Below, piece after piece: positions 16,821 to 35,530 of a DNA stretch of 64,000 nucleotides. The stretch lies in the NCBI RefSeq assembly GCF_009914755.1, contig NC_060945.1. One strand, written 5' to 3'. Positions within the stretch are counted from its first letter, which is position 1. Each line of letters opens with the position of its first letter. Position numbers and translations under genes: made by a program. The notes below the pieces were generated by a model. The model made no database searches and was not told where the DNA came from. It worked only from the letters and a program-made list of their open reading frames with translations. The stretch comes from the human T2T-CHM13v2.0 reference genome, Homo sapiens.

Positions 16821-17499
16821 TACTTGTAATGTATCTAGTTGCTTGTTCTAGTATTTAACTCCAAATTAAAAAATAAATACAGATACTGCTATTTCTTGAG
16901 TCTATAACTTTAGATAGTTCTAATAATTTTCTCTGATAGTAGGTGATGTTTTTAACTCTTTTTACACCCCATGTCTTTTCACCACATGGTCTCAGAATTA
17001 TTCTATCAAATTTTGTGTTGAGATCCATATTCAATATTTTCATTATTATTACTAAATGATACAGGATCATGTACTGATTAACAAAAAAGCATATAATGAT
17101 TACAGTTCCTTTATTATGACACCTGCTATTTTTTTACTGAATTTAATCATTGCTTTGTTTCTTCAGTTGCTTTGCTTTTATAATCCATTGTTAAGTATTT
17201 CCTCACCTGAAGAAAACAGCTTGGTTAAACTTCACCCAAGGCCATTTTTTCCCCTAAAATCTCTTCCAGTTCCTTTTTTTTTTTTTCCTGAGAACACCTG
17301 GTGTGGAGCTCTCTAACCACCTGCTGTGGTCTGGAGTGCATGCTCACCAGGTTTGCTCCATAATTCCTAACTGGGACTTTCCTCCACCCCTGCCCTGGGA
17401 ATTCCCATTGCATTGCTCCTATGTTGGATCCCCTCTGGCTCTTGGGTTCCATGCTTCCTTGCTTCCCTATCTTACGGCTATCAGCGTTGTGTTGAGAAG

Positions 17500-19900
17500 T
17501 TGAATTCCATTTCAATTCCTGACTCTTTGCATGTCACCTACTTTTTCTCTCTAAAAATTCTTGGGATATTTTCTTCTATCTGATGTCCTGAAATTACACC
17601 ATGATGTTCTTTGATGTTGGTGTTTTCCATTCAGTGAACTGGACATTGCTTGGAATTTTTCATTTAGAGGGACATGTTCTTCAACTCTGGGAAAATTTAT
17701 GAAATTATTCAATAATTTTCTTCTTTCCATCTTCTCTGGTCTATCTTTCCAGGACTCTTGTCAGTCAGATATCGAGTTTCTATATTGAACTTCTGAGTGT
17801 GTTACTTTTTTTCTCACTATGATCATCTTCCTTTTGCTCTACATTCAGATAGATATATTAAATGTAATCCTTCAGTCCTTTTACTATTTTTAAATTTCTG
17901 CTATCATGTGTATTTATTTGTATTTATAGTCACCATATTTTCAGTTTTCAAGAGTTCCTTCTTTTTTTCTAATCCATTCTATTTTGAGCATTCTATTTTC
18001 ATTTTATGAATATAATATTTCTCTGGTTTTTCTTTTTTTTGTTTTTTATTGAAGTTTAATCTCTATATAATAAAATACACAAACTTTAGGGGTAAAACAT
18101 AATGAATTTATATATAAACATATATTAGATCTATTACATATTATTATGTTTATATATTTGTTAAATATTTTATATATCATATATTTATATAGTTTACATA
18201 TTTATTTGTAATGAATTTTAAATTTTATATCACTAAACATTATTTTATTATATATAATAAGTTATATATTACAAGAAACTAAATCATATATGATGTGACA
18301 TATTTGTATATATGATTTATATTCTTATGTATGATTTATGTTTATATTATTTATAAGTTATATGTATTTATAATATAACATACGTAATTTAAATACACCT
18401 GCATAACCACCAGTCAGATCAAAATAGAAAACTTTTCCAGCATATCAGTAGACTGCCTTGTGCTGCCTTCCTGATCAATTCCCTTCACAAAATAACCACC
18501 ATTGCCACTTCTATTGTATTATTCAATTTTTCCTATTAGCTTTTATATTAGATATTCTTACATATTTTTTCAGTAAGAGAGATCACAGTGTGACCTAATA
18601 ACTTATATAGTCTACTTTGAATTGGTCCTTTTACCACTTACAAACAATGCAAGAATCTAACAACGGCTTAACTCTTTCACTCCTTCCTTAGCTTTGTGAT
18701 ACTGTTGTCACGTATTATACTCCTGCATGTGTTACAGAACACATAGGACAGTGTTATTATTGCTAATTTATATGGAAATAGTCCTTTATATTTTCCCACA
18801 TTACTCTTTTTGGTGCTGTCTGGTGCTTCTTTTAGTAACATATTTCTTTCAGTGATCATTTTACTTCAATTTCCAGAAGTTCCTGTGGTATTTCATTGAG
18901 TACACATTGGATGGCAACAAATTCTCCCAGTTTTTGTTTGTCTGAAAATGATTTAATTTTGCCTTCATTTTTGAAGGATATTTTCACTAGGTATGGAATT
19001 CTATGTTGTCAGTTTCGTTTTCTTTTAGCACTCTAAAGATGCTCTTCCATGATTTTATGGCTTCCATAGTTTTGTTGAAAAATCAGCTGTCAGTCTAATT
19101 GTAGCTTCTTACAGATGTGTTTTTTTACTCTAACAGCTTTTAAGATTTTCTGTCTGTCTTCAGTTTTCAGTAGTCTGGATATAACATTGGTGATTTTTTT
19201 TTAATTTTGCCTAGATTTTGCAAAACCTCTTGAATCTGTAGTTTAACATTCTTCCTTCTCAGACATCATCTCTTCAAATATTGCTTCTGCCCCGTTTTCT
19301 TTCTCCTTTCCATACAGGACTCCAATTTTACATTTGTGAGACCTTTTGCTGTGACTCATAAGTCTCTTATAGCAAGTTTTCTTACTTTTTTCTGAGTGTC
19401 AGTTTGAATAATTTTCTATTAACCTTTCCTCACATTTGCCATTTCTGTCTTTAGCTATGTCTAGTCTTCTGTTAAATTCTTCCCATAAATTCCTAATTTT
19501 CATCATTGTATTTTTCAGTCTATGTTTCTTTTATAGATTTAGATCTATAGGTTGAAGTTTTTATTTAAATTCTCCATTTTTTCATCCATTTTGTCCACCT
19601 TTTCCTCCACTTACTTTTACACAGTATTTAGTTATTTTAAAGTTCTAGTCTGCTTATTCCAATATCTGGATTGTCTGTTGGTCTGCTTCTATTGTCTGTT
19701 TATATTTTTATTTATTATTGGCTATATGGTCTTGTCTCATTGAAAAGTTAACTGTTTTTTAATTATATATTAGGCATTGTACATAAAAGAAGTGTAGAGC
19801 CTCCAGATGATATTATTTTCCAACAGAGAGGGCTTCATTTTTTCCTATGTGAAGTACACAGGGTGAAGCACTAATCACTTCAATCTAGTTAGAAATTAAA
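17500..19900 (-). mobile_element. Ancient L1 (L1M4/ME-like) fragments
   Basis: T-rich antisense L1-like text, e.g. 'tttgtttgtctgaaaatg...ccttcatttttgaaggatattttcactaggtatggaattct'. Confidence 0.6.
18105..18395. repeat. AT-rich low-complexity, degenerate (TA)n tract
   Basis: Almost entirely A/T with TATA motifs. Confidence 0.85.
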
Positions 19901-19926
19901 GTGGATCAGGGCTAGGCTGCAGTTTT

Positions 19927-20174
19927 TGTTTGTTTGTTTGTTTGTGTTTTTTGAGACAGAGTCTCACTCTGTTGCCCAGGGTGGAGTGCAGTGGCACAAT
20001 CTTGACTCACTGCAAGCTCCACCTCCCAGGTTTGTGCCATTCACGTGCCTCAGCCTCCTGAGTAGCTGGGACTACAGGTGCCTGCCACCACGCCCAGCTA
20101 ATTTTTTGTATTTTTAGTAGAGCCTTGGCCTCCCAGAGTGCTGGGATTGCAGGCGTGAGCCAGCATGCCCGGTC
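19927..20174 (-). mobile_element. AluY-like element with a left-arm internal deletion
   Basis: TSD CTAGGCTGCAGTTTT at 19912-19926 and 20175-20189; junction 'tagtagag|ccttggcctccc'. Confidence 0.9.
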
Positions 20175-20921
20175 CTAGGCTGCAGTTTTAAGAAGATTCA
20201 ATTCACCTCTGATTCATCTCTGTATCTTGGGTAATCTTCAGCCTGACTTATAGGATTTCATTGGTCTCTCTCAAATGAAAGCATTAAATTAAATTTTTGT
20301 TTTGTGTGTTGGGGACTTGGAGTTGGCACTCAATCAATGTCCTTTCTTCCATACCAAATTATATAGTTTGAAGAGAAATTATGGAGGCCAAAATATTATA
20401 CTTATTAGTGTTAGAAGCCCTGTTGGAGAACAAGGCTTTAAGCTTGCTGAACAAGTTAGCTTGTCTGTATTAAATCTCAAATTAGGCAAACTTTCTTACC
20501 TAGAACCAGATAATGCTAGATGGGATCAAGTCTCCTTATACCGGAGTACTGTGTAGGCATGAGGGCACAGCAGAGAATGTTTGGTTCTACAAGCAACTTC
20601 CTCCCAAGAAGAAGTAGAGCAGAGTTGAGTTGAGCATGCTCAGTTATCTTAAATTTATCAATCAAATTAATGATTCCACCTCCCTTGTATTATGGGGAAA
20701 TTTTTCACTGTAGAAAATAGGAGTGGGAAAAGGTATTCCTCCTCTAACATGCACTGGACTGTGTTCTTGATAGGGCCACAACGCTGAGGCAGAATCACCA
20801 ACCTCATTTGAGTAAATAGTCCCCTTCATGCATTCATTCCCTAGTTAAGAATTAAAGAATGCCTAAAAATTAGTCATCCAAAGGTTTTCTTATTGCCAGT
20901 TCTCCCCACATTCTCTTACAC

Positions 20922-21147
20922 CAAGGGCTGATAAACTGTGACCCATAAGCCACATCTAGCCTGCTCCCTCTTTCTGTAAATAAAGTTGTATTTGGAATGC
21001 AGTCACATCTGCTTGTTTACATACTGTTTATGACTGTTTTTCACACTTCAATGGCAGAGTTGAGTACTTATGACAGGGATTGTATGGCCCTCAAAGCCTA
21101 AAATATTTACTGTCTAGTACTTTACAGATGAAGTTTATCAACCCTTA
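20922..21147 (+). mobile_element. MER58A (hAT-Charlie MITE)
   Basis: 'tgtaaataaagttgtatttggaa...ggcagagttgagta...aaagcctaaaatatttact' matches the recalled consensus. Confidence 0.85.
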
Positions 21148-21578
21148 TATTAGACCATGGCTGGTTTTGTACCAACCTTTTTCTCTCTCTTTCTGAGGCT
21201 TATTTAAAGAAAGAAGGAATAACTGGATAAAAGGCCAGATACCCTCCTCTCTATCTCTAACACACCTAACATTTGAGGATCTCTGAATATTTCTCATAGT
21301 TGTTTCTTTCTGCCTTTTAAACAATAAAGGTTCCAGTCAGAAAAACCAAGGCATGGTATGGATCCGGGAGTTAGAAGGAAACAAGGCTTCCATGATTGAT
21401 ATCAGCTCTGGTTTCCTGCAAAGGACAAAGTCAAGCAAGGTTACCTATCAGTTCTCCATAGCAGGTAGTGGCCAACGGGTCTCAGACAATGCAACCTTGA
21501 GTTCATTGTTTCTCAGGCTTGGCAGTCTCACTTTGGACAAGCGGGATAAGTGCTTATACACACTTTAAGAATATCTCT

Positions 21579-21882
21579 AGCCAGGTGCGGTGGCTCACGC
21601 CTGTAATTCCAGCACTTTGGGAGGCCAAGGAGGGCGGATCACGAGGTCAGGAGATCAAGACCATCCTGGCTAACACGGTGAAACTCCATCTCTACTAAAA
21701 ATACAAAAAAAAATTAGCCAGGCGTGGTGGCGGGCGCCTGTAGTCCCAGCAACTCAGGAGGCTGAGGCAGGAGAATGGCATGGACCCGGGAGGTGGAGCT
21801 TGTGGTGAGCCAAGATCGCACCACTGCACTCCAGCCTGGGCAACAGAGCAAGACTCCGTCTCCCCAAAAAAAGAAAAAAAAA
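21579..21882 (+). mobile_element. AluY
   Basis: 'accatcctggctaacacggtg' and 'gagaatggcatg'. Confidence 0.92.
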
Positions 21883-22747
21883 TTGGTTGATTGAAGTGTT
21901 CTTTTAATTCTAGGGCAGTTTTCTTTAGTTATATCTTTAAATAACTTTTCCTATACTCTCCTCCTCTTATTTCTAGTGAGATGAAGGCTATGTGTATTGA
22001 ATCTTCTTTGTCTTCCATATTTAAAACATATTCTCTCTAATCTTTTAAAATATTTATTCTCATTTATTTATTTTTGCTTTTCTCCTCCAGATCCTCCATA
22101 TGCTTTATTACGTTTTTCAGTGTTTATTCTCCTTTGTGTTACTTCCTATTTGACCTTTATTTCTAGGATTATTTTCTCAGTTTCTCTCCTGGGCTTTCAT
22201 TTCTTTGGTTGCCTGGGCATCTTTCCTGAGCACTTGATCTCTATGTGTGCTTTTTTACTGTGGAGAAAATAGTTTTGTTGGGCTTTTGTAATTCAGTTTT
22301 ATCTATTTGGAATCAATTTTCATCTACTATATCACAATTTCCATCTGTTCCATGACAATATTTTTCTATTTAATGTCCATTATTTGTCATTTTTCTATCA
22401 TTTATTTCTGCCAATATAATTATATAGATTATTTTAATTCATTTTTACAATTATGAGTTTTGCTTAAATAAACTAAATATACTAGGGATAAGCTCATTTC
22501 AGGAAGTTCAGATGGAGGAGAGGTGAGGATTATGTTCCTCACCTATTAGACAATATGTGATGTGCCCTAGTGAGCTTTTTCAGCCTGTATTTCTCCCAGT
22601 TATCAAAGCTCAGCCCTGCATTGTTGTTCATAATACAGAGTTGCTCTGTCCACCACTCCTCTACAAGATGTCTCCTATAAATATGACTTTTCTGTGTGAG
22701 GCTTTATTTGGTAACATATTCCTTGTTCATCAAGAATCTATGCTTAC

Positions 22748-23376
<629 letters not shown>

Positions 23377-23574
23377 TTAAACTACTTAAATCCCAAAAAG
23401 GTGATGCTGAAAAGCTAATAGAGAAAATACACATGATGAAATTTATACATGTGCTTGATTTACCCAAGAGAAACCACTGAAGAAAAAAGAGACAAAGTAC
23501 AGATTGCATTGCACAGGTAGAAAACAAACGCCAAGACAGAGGTGTAAACTCAGTTATATCAGACATGTAATTAA

Positions 23575-24203
<629 letters not shown>

Positions 24204-24209
24204 TTAACT

Positions 24210-25380
<1,171 letters not shown>

Positions 25381-26204
25381 CTTTATACAAACTCCTTCCT
25401 CCTCCCCACTCTCTATCAGGCATTCCAGATCTATCACAAGCTGGGAGGGTAAGTGACAAAAACTTCAGGCCGTTGATCTGGGATTCCCCCAGATGGGGTT
25501 CAGGGGCCTCTTCCTTCTTACTCCAGAATTTATCACGTTATAGTTTCTTTGACCCATTTGGTCTTCCCTACTGGTCTTGGACGTTTTCAGGACTGGGGTC
25601 CAATCTCAACCATCTTTGCATCCCCAGCACCGATCAGAGTAACTGACACAGTGCAGACACTCAACGAGTGCATGTGGTATAAATGAATAGCTATGCACTT
25701 CACTGCAGGTAACCTGTGACTCAACTGTAGAAAGATTTTACAGGTTATGGGGTTTGAGAGAATGGTGACTGCATCCACGAAGGCACCGTCTAAGACAGCC
25801 GGTTTTGGGAAAAGGTGATCTCTGGTGTGACAAGTTGAGACCTCTGGGCTTTTTGTTCCATTTGTTTTGGTTCTCACTGTCTTGACCTCCTTCTTGGAAA
25901 ACCCTTTAACATGCAAAATTGCGAGTGGCACATGATACTTGCTTTTCTCTCTCCAAGGCAAATAATGTCAGTCCCTTTGGTGATCCAGGGATCAGAAACT
26001 AGACTACGCTCTGATAAGGACATCACCCGTATGATGGAAGGATTAACTCCTGGCCATTCTATTTTAATTTTACTGGCTTAAAAATACTGCAAAAATGGTG
26101 AAGCTGTTGTTCCTTCTATACTTATGTCCCTTTAAAGGGGATGTGTCTTTCTCTTGCTGTTGGAGCTGGTAACTATTAGGGACCTCTGATTAATAGCCCA
26201 GACA

Positions 26205-26500
26205 AGCCAGGTGTGGTGGGGCACGCCTGTAATCCCAGCACTTTGGGAGATAGAAGCAGATGGATCATTTGAAGCCTGGAATTCAAGACCAGCCTGGCCA
26301 ATGCGGTGAAACCCCATCTCTACAAAAAATACAAAATTTAACTGGATGTGGTGATGAGCACCTGTGGTCCCAGCTACTTGGCAGGGTGAGATGGGAGGAT
26401 AGATTGAGCCCAGGAGGTTAAGGCTGCAGTAAGCCATGATCGTGCCACTGCATTCCAGCCGGGGGGGACAAAGCTAAATCCTGTCTCAAATAATAATAAT
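26205..26500 (+). mobile_element. AluJ
   Basis: Diverged dimer with (TAA)n tail. Confidence 0.88.
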
Positions 26501-27515
26501 AATTTTAAAAAGCCCAAAGTGAAACATACAGCAAATGTCCTTTGTAATACGGAGTAGAAATCAAGCCATAGGAAGCAGCTGAGAGAAGGTTTAATGAGAT
26601 GGAAGGATGCGAGAGTGCTTTTCAAGTACTTAGGCAAGTAAAGAAGAAAACAAATATTTATTGAGTGCCCACTGGGCTCCTGGTACTCTGAGGCTATTTG
26701 CTACACATATTAATTTCTGAAATGAGAAGTAGGAAGAAGCCTATTTTGTGATATTCTAAAAATTAAGGTCTCAGGTCATTAGGTAAAAATTACAGGGACA
26801 CGGGGTCTATTTTTTCTCCTGATTACCAGTAGTTGATTATACAAAATTTGAAAAACAAGCACAAAGAAGACAAATTATCACCTGTGATTGTACCCTCCAG
26901 AGATAAATGTTACAAAAATTTTTTATTATATACATTGTTTATTATAAAGTTGAAGTCATGCAAAGTATACTAACTGCTGTAATCATTTTTCTCATGTTGT
27001 GAAATATTCTTCATTTTGTGTTCTATTTCCACAAGTCGATGAGCTATATTTTAAAATTGAGGCTCCACCGCTGGACACTTAGGTTGTTTCCAAGGTTTCA
27101 CTTAGTGATGTTATCAACAGGAGTCATACGAGGGTGGGGGCTGGTCTGGGGAAACATACTGGATGAGCAAGTGAGAGAAGAAAACGTGTTTAGCCTGGGA
27201 AAGTCACAGCTTGCTTCAAATGTTTGAAGGTTGTCATTTGAAAGAACAGTGAGACTTGGTCTATGTGGTCTCAAATGGGAAGATTTAGAAACTGGGTGGA
27301 AAGCCTGGGAAGAAGATCCATTCACAGAATGCAAAGGCAAATTTCCTGTAGTTGAGGGTGACCAAAGAAGGTCTGGGCAGCTTTAGGAGGTAGTGAGTTA
27401 CCGGTTGGTGAAGACATTCAAATATAGGCAAAGAAAAATAATAACTTACAGGAATATAATGGGTTAAATGTGTTTACAGCAGAATGACCTGAGTGTTTTG
27501 AGAACACGGAAGATG

Positions 27516-27824
<309 letters not shown>

Positions 27825-29514
27825 TGAAAGGGGAAAGGGTCTTGGGAAAGGCTTCAAAAGTTAAAATTTGAATCGAATCAAATCCTCTTATTCTTTACAT
27901 CGGGGCCCAATATTTACACAATGATTTATAGTTCACAAAGGATTAAAGACTTCCCTTAAAGGATGAGGAAACAAATTCAGAGAGGGTAAGTACACTACCC
28001 CAGTTCCTGCGGCAAGGAGGTAGTTGAGAATCCCCCATGTTCTCTGTCCCAACAGAGAACTCTTGTTTCCAGTTGCTATTATTATTATTATCAAGCTCAC
28101 CAATCCCTTCTAAAACATCCAGACTTGCAAGACATTGTCTGTGCCCTGCTTCATTACAATAAAATGAAAATGTCTCCAATGACTAATGTGAACAAAATGT
28201 CAGTGTTGTCAGGTAAGTTTTCCTGCATGGAAATTCCATTCCCTTTCTTTCCCACAGCAGCCACTGGATGATTAGAGTTTATGATAGGTAACGATTGGGC
28301 TCCCCTCAACTCCAGCATCTATGTGTGAGTCTATGATGTCTCTGCTTGCCTTCTGCTCAGGGCGGGCCTCCTTCCCTGGTGGTCTGAGACCCGTGAATGA
28401 AGGTACTTCCCACATTAGCCCTATGTCTCACAGATGCCTTCCATTCTGTCAACTCAGGACCCTGGAAAGCTGGGCTTCCATCCTCCACTCTACCTGTGCA
28501 GCTGCAAAGTTCGTAGTCCACGAATGTGTTCCTGTTTCCAGCATCTACCCTGAACCCTGGGCTCCACCCCAGTTCTTCTGGGCTAGACAAGCTAGAAGGA
28601 AATGTGGAGGTCCCCTTTTGGCTACAGGAGTGGGCTGTCACCACCCTCAGGAAACCAGCTCCCTTCTGCCCCTGCTGAGGTGTCCCTTCCCACCCAGCCT
28701 TTCTAGCAAAAGCAAATCAGAAGGTCTCTGTGCCATGACCCACCCCATCCAAAAGGCACCCTCATCCAGCACTCCACTAACGCCACCACAGCCATCTGTG
28801 GGGCTGACAGCCCTCCCACCGAACAGCCCTCCCTATCTTCAGGAAGCCAGCGTCCAAGCTGGGAGCGAGAGGAAGGCCGGATGCAGATGGTCCCTCTTTC
28901 AACTCCAGAGTGAAGTGTAGTTCTCTTGCTTTTAACCATTTCCTGGATTTAATTGCTTGCCTACTCCATCCTGCCCATGCTGTTTTGCAATTCTCTGGTG
29001 ACTCTGTTCTTGCAAAAACATTCATTTGGTGATCAGTAGATACCAGGCACTGGGCGAAGCACTGAGAATAAAAATTCCCAGGGAGCTAGGTTTGTACCCC
29101 TGGAGGGTTCCCTTTTCTCCTAGTGCATGGAAGAAGAAACCTACCGTGAAAATACAGTGATAAGTGACTTGACAAGGGAATGAGGCTTTCCTGGAGACAG
29201 CAGAGGAGATGAGAAAGAATGGGTTGTGTTCTGGGAGTGTAAAGTGGTGGACCCTGAGCAGAGAAGGCCTGAGAGGTCAGATCATGAAGGGATTTGGCAC
29301 CAAACTAACATGTAAGAATGTTATCCCCAAAACAAAAGCTTAAAGTCCTCTAAGCTTTTCAGTGGGCAATGATGTGATACCCAACTGTAGAGTCCCATGA
29401 AGCCTTGAGGAACCGGGTGAAGGACAAAGGAGTCCGGGAGGCTGGTGGGAGGCTTGGACTGTTTATTTGACTCTTTTCTGTTCTGTTTGGATGTTTCAAC
29501 CATGTACTTGATTA

Positions 29515-29838
<324 letters not shown>

Positions 29839-29850
29839 ACAAATGGTCAT

Positions 29851-30215
29851 GGCTAGGTGTGGTGCTTCATGCCTGTAATCTCAACACTTTGGGAGGCTGA
29901 GGTGGGAGGATAGCTTGAGCCTAGGAGTTTGAGACCAGCCTGGGCAACATGGGGAGACCCCCATCTCTACAAAAAAAAATAAAAAAATTAGCTGGACATG
30001 GTGAGGCATACCTGTAGTCCTAGGTACTCACGAGACTGAGGTGAAAGGATTGCTTGAGCCTAGGATGTCGAGGCTGCAGTGAGGCATGCTTGTGCTACTG
30101 TACTCTGGCCTGGGTGACAGAGTAAGATCCTGTCTCAAAAAAAAAAAAAAAAAAAAAACCAAAAACCAACCAACCAAACAAAAAACTCCAATCCTAACCA
30201 AACCAAACTAAATCA
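29851..30215 (+). mobile_element. AluJ
   Basis: Diverged dimer with a long A/C-rich tail. Confidence 0.9.
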
Positions 30216-30665
30216 AACAGTATTTATAATATTCCAGATACGGTGCTTGTGACACAAAGATGAAAATACAGGATGCTTGCCCTAAAAGCACTTCTAGTTT
30301 AGAAACAGACATGGAAATACAATATAACAAAATAGTACTAATGCTATAACAACTATAAACATATTTTGCATTGAATTGAAGCAAAAATAGGAAAAATGTT
30401 GAAAATGATAGCAGTAAGTGTGCAGATCAATAAATACTGTAGAAATATTAAAAGATGTTCACTACATACTTAGATTAAAAAGCCAGGAAAATAAGCCAAA
30501 ACTCTCAGGAACTATTGAGCTAATGAGCCAATGCAGAAAGTTATCTTTGTAGAACTCTGTGCCTCCTGCCTAATTTTAAATTCCATTACTTAATTGTTTT
30601 TCACAGTTTCATTAGGGCATTTTCCTCAACCTGTTAATTTTGAGGAAGCTAATATATACGTATGA

Positions 30666-31014
<349 letters not shown>

Positions 31015-31312
31015 GCAAAATATGATTTCAAGATATTCTGAAACTGTGGAATACACACTTTAATAATTACATATTTACTATTTAAGCTTTATCTTAATGT
31101 CACAAGAAAAGAAAATGTTAATGGCAATTCATAAAATAATATTGGTAAACATGCTTACATGATAAGGAAGGCAATGAATATTGTCCTCTCTCTCTCTCTC
31201 TCTCTTTTTTAATGGCACCATGAGAACCACATCTTGACATAAACAACTTTGTAACCTTAAGATTCTGGGAGAGAGTCCTTGGTTGCAGGTGTCTGGTTAA
31301 GAGGAGGAAGGA

Positions 31313-31607
<295 letters not shown>

Positions 31608-31805
31608 GGGGGGGGGAAGGACAGTGAGAGCAAGAAAGGCGTCGGGCTAGCCCTACTTGGGAGATGGCTAGGAGAATGAAGATGGCCACAGACACATTGA
31701 CTGGGGTGACATTCATGTATCAATCTAACAGCATCCCATGGCCTTCCATTTTTCTTTTTTTTTCTTCCTGTTTCTTTTTACAGTAAAATCTCAAAAAAGA
31801 AATCA

Positions 31806-32237
<432 letters not shown>

Positions 32238-32883
32238 TCACAAAATGTCCAAATAAATGCAAATAAAAATAAGAGGGTGTGGCAGGGTGTAGGAAAAAGC
32301 CATTGTCACACATTACTTTTAGGGAGTGCATATTGGTGGAATCACTTCTGAGGAATATTTTGGTAACATGAATCAAAAGCTTTTTAAGGACGCATACTTT
32401 TATCTGAAGGAGATAATTGGACAGGTGTGTAAAATGGATGTAGGACATGTTTATACAACTTTATCTGTAGTAACAACAACAACAAAAAGGAAAAACTTCC
32501 TTAAAAAATAGAGGAGCAGGTAAACAAATTATGGCCTATTCAACTGATGGAATACTAGTAGCTGTTAAAATGATTATCTAAATTTCAGTTGATTAACACT
32601 AAAATGTGCTCATAGTATAATTGTAAGTAAAAACGGCATGAAACATATCTGCAGTGTTGTATGTGGGTGAATGTACTCATGTCTCCCTAAGAAAATCTGG
32701 AAGGACATATGCTAATATGAAAATACCAATAAGGTTTTTTTTTTTTTTTTCCTGGGTGATATCTACGAGTAATCATTCCCTCTTCATTGTTTTCCATATT
32801 GTAAAATCGTCTGTAATGACCATGCATGACTGTTACATTTTGTTTTTGGACCTTAGGTACAAAGAATTAAGAATTAACTCCTC

Positions 32884-33192
32884 GGCCAGGCGTGGTGGCT
32901 CACACCTGTTACCCCAGCACTTTGGGAGGCTGAGGAGGCAGGATGGCTTGAGTCTAGGAATTTGAAACCAGCCTGGTTGACACAGAAAAACCTCATCTCT
33001 ACAAAAAATACAAAAAGTTACCCAGGCGTGGTGGCATGCGCTTGTAGTCTCGGCTACCCAGGAGACTGAGGTGGGGAGGATTGCTTGAGCCTGGGAGGTG
33101 GAAGCTGCTGTGAACTGTAATCTTGCCACTGCACTCCAGCCTGGGCAACGGAGTGAGACCCTATCTCAAAAAAAAAAAAAAGGAAAAAAAAA
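32884..33192 (+). mobile_element. AluJ
   Basis: Dimer; flanking AAGAATTAACT repeats. Confidence 0.9.
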
Positions 33193-33322
33193 AGAATTAA
33201 CTTCTTATTTCATAGCATACTACCATTGTCAGTTTATAGAAGGCCTTTTTCTTGTTTTAATTAATTTTGTTTCTTTGTAATCTGTTTTAGATAACGAATT
33301 ACCTTAAAAATAAGAATAAACA

Positions 33323-33703
<381 letters not shown>

Positions 33704-33944
33704 TCAGATGCCACGCCATGCCACTGTCTAGGGACCAAATGCAAATTGTTCACCTTCTCGCTTGGCGTGAGGAGCATTGATAGGAATACTGGTTTGCTTG
33801 TTTGTCCTTGGAATATTTATTTGGGTTATAACTCTCAGCGAGATTCCAACTACTGGACTTTCAGGCTTAGAATAGTGCCTCACCAGGAGTGGTCACTAAC
33901 GGATATGAAGCCAACCAAAAGAAACCACCATCTTGGCACGCATC

Positions 33945-34305
33945 TGTGTGTTAGTTTCCCTTAGTGCCACTACAAAGTACAAACAACTAGGTGGCTTAAA
34001 CAACAGAAATGTACTGTCTTGAATTTCTGGAGGCCAGAAGTCCAAAATCAAGATGTTGGCAGGGTTGGTTCCCTCTGATGGCCGTAAGACAAAATCTGTT
34101 CCATGCTTCTTTGTCAGCTTCTGGTAGCCTCAGGTGTGCCTTGGTTTGTAGATGGCCACCTTCTCCTGGTGTCTGTACGTTCTTCCCTGTGTTCGTTTGT
34201 CTTGGTCCAAATTTCTCCTTTTTATAAGGGCAGCAGTCATTTTGGATTAGGGTTCAATCTAGAGACCCAACTCGATTACCTCTGTGAAGACTCTAACTCC
34301 ATATA
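33945..34305 (-). mobile_element. MLT1-type MaLR LTR
   Basis: 'ggtggcttaaacaacagaaat...tctggaggccagaagtccaaaatcaagatgttggcaggg'. Confidence 0.8.
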
Positions 34306-34321
34306 ATCTTGAATCATCTTG

Positions 34322-34525
34322 GTGTGGTAGAAAGAACATGGGCTTTGCAATTATACCTGTGTTTGAATCCTGGCTTCACCACTTACTGGTGAGTGGTGAC
34401 TGCCTTGAGAAAGTCATGTAATCACTCAGGACTTGTTTTCTCATCCACATAATGGGGATGTAATGTTGCTGTGAGGATTAGAGATACTCTAGAACATGCT
34501 GGGTAAGTGGAGGCTGTTACTACCT
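34322..34525 (+). mobile_element. MIR
   Basis: 'gtttgaatcctggcttcaccacttact...aatgggga...gtgaggatta'. Confidence 0.7.
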
Positions 34526-35376
34526 ATGAGCTGAGGGCCTTTGCTTTTCAAGGTGAACAGTCTATGAATAAACACATCTGTAAGTGAATCTAATGGGAAG
34601 ATTCTTAGATGACAAGGATTTCATCTGTGAACCAGGTCAGCTGGCATCTATACCAGAGTCCTTCCGGCCTACATGTGGTCACTTGTTTGGAGCCAGCTGT
34701 AATTCACAGGTTACGTTTTTAGGTGAAGCCTGTATAAAACCATTTTACAGCATTCCAACCTGGATATGACATTCATTGACCAATGTTGTCTAAGGCTGTC
34801 ACACTGGGGAGAAAAGGGGTGCAGCCTTCTAGATACGAAGACCAGCAATGCCTTCTATACCCGCATGTTTATAATCTCAAGATTCTGCCCCACTCCGATA
34901 TCTTCTAGGTTGATTTGAACTGAAGACAAGGACACATATCTTGAGACATTATCATATTCTGTTCAGGTTACCTGGAAGATTAACTATACAAGTTTCTTCC
35001 ATTACCAGGAATAAAAATTTGAGTCAAATTTAATTTAGTATTAAAGGTTGCAAATGCTGATGTGCTCTGATAGAAGCGAAAGCTTGGTGAATGGGGTGGG
35101 ATGGGGTGGGGGCAGGAAGGAGACCCACAAGCAGAGAGGAAGAAGTTGGTTGTATAGGTGGAAGCTTGAGCTTGGGAGGAACCAGGTAGGGACCTCTCCT
35201 CTGAATAAGGGGCGCTCTGGGCCACTTCCTCTTTCTTCAAAACAATTAAGTTGACCGTGGACCTTAATCACACTAGCAGGGCAATTTTGAAACAATAATC
35301 CGAAAGAACTTTTGCCAGCTACGGCAACTTTTTTATATCATGGAGATCAGCCTGAAAGCAAGCTATTTGCCCGACC

Positions 35377-35530
35377 ACTTTTTGACCAATTTATTTTCGG
35401 TTTAGTCAGGTTTCTTCCAAGTCTGTGCTAATCTGAATGGTTACCTTAGTAATTACTTTTTGACTAATTTATTTTCGGTTTAGTCGGATTTCTTTCAAAG
35501 TCTGTGCTAATCTGAATGGTTACCTTAGTA
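35377..35530. repeat. Two-copy tandem duplication, period 78 bp
   Basis: 35377-35451 and 35455-35530 are nearly identical. Confidence 0.95.

Noticed and set aside
18105-18395. AT-rich tract as a special element (origin or MAR)
   Set aside because: It looks like a decayed (TA)n expansion within an old L1; nothing further can be supported from sequence alone.
28321-28920. 199-aa ATG-initiated ORF
   Set aside because: No recognisable homology, domain, promoter or splice context. It is compatible with a chance ORF, though not formally excluded without Ribo-seq or PhyloCSF.
35377-35530. Direct repeats as a possible CRISPR-like array
   Set aside because: Only two adjacent copies, no spacers, and a eukaryotic context.
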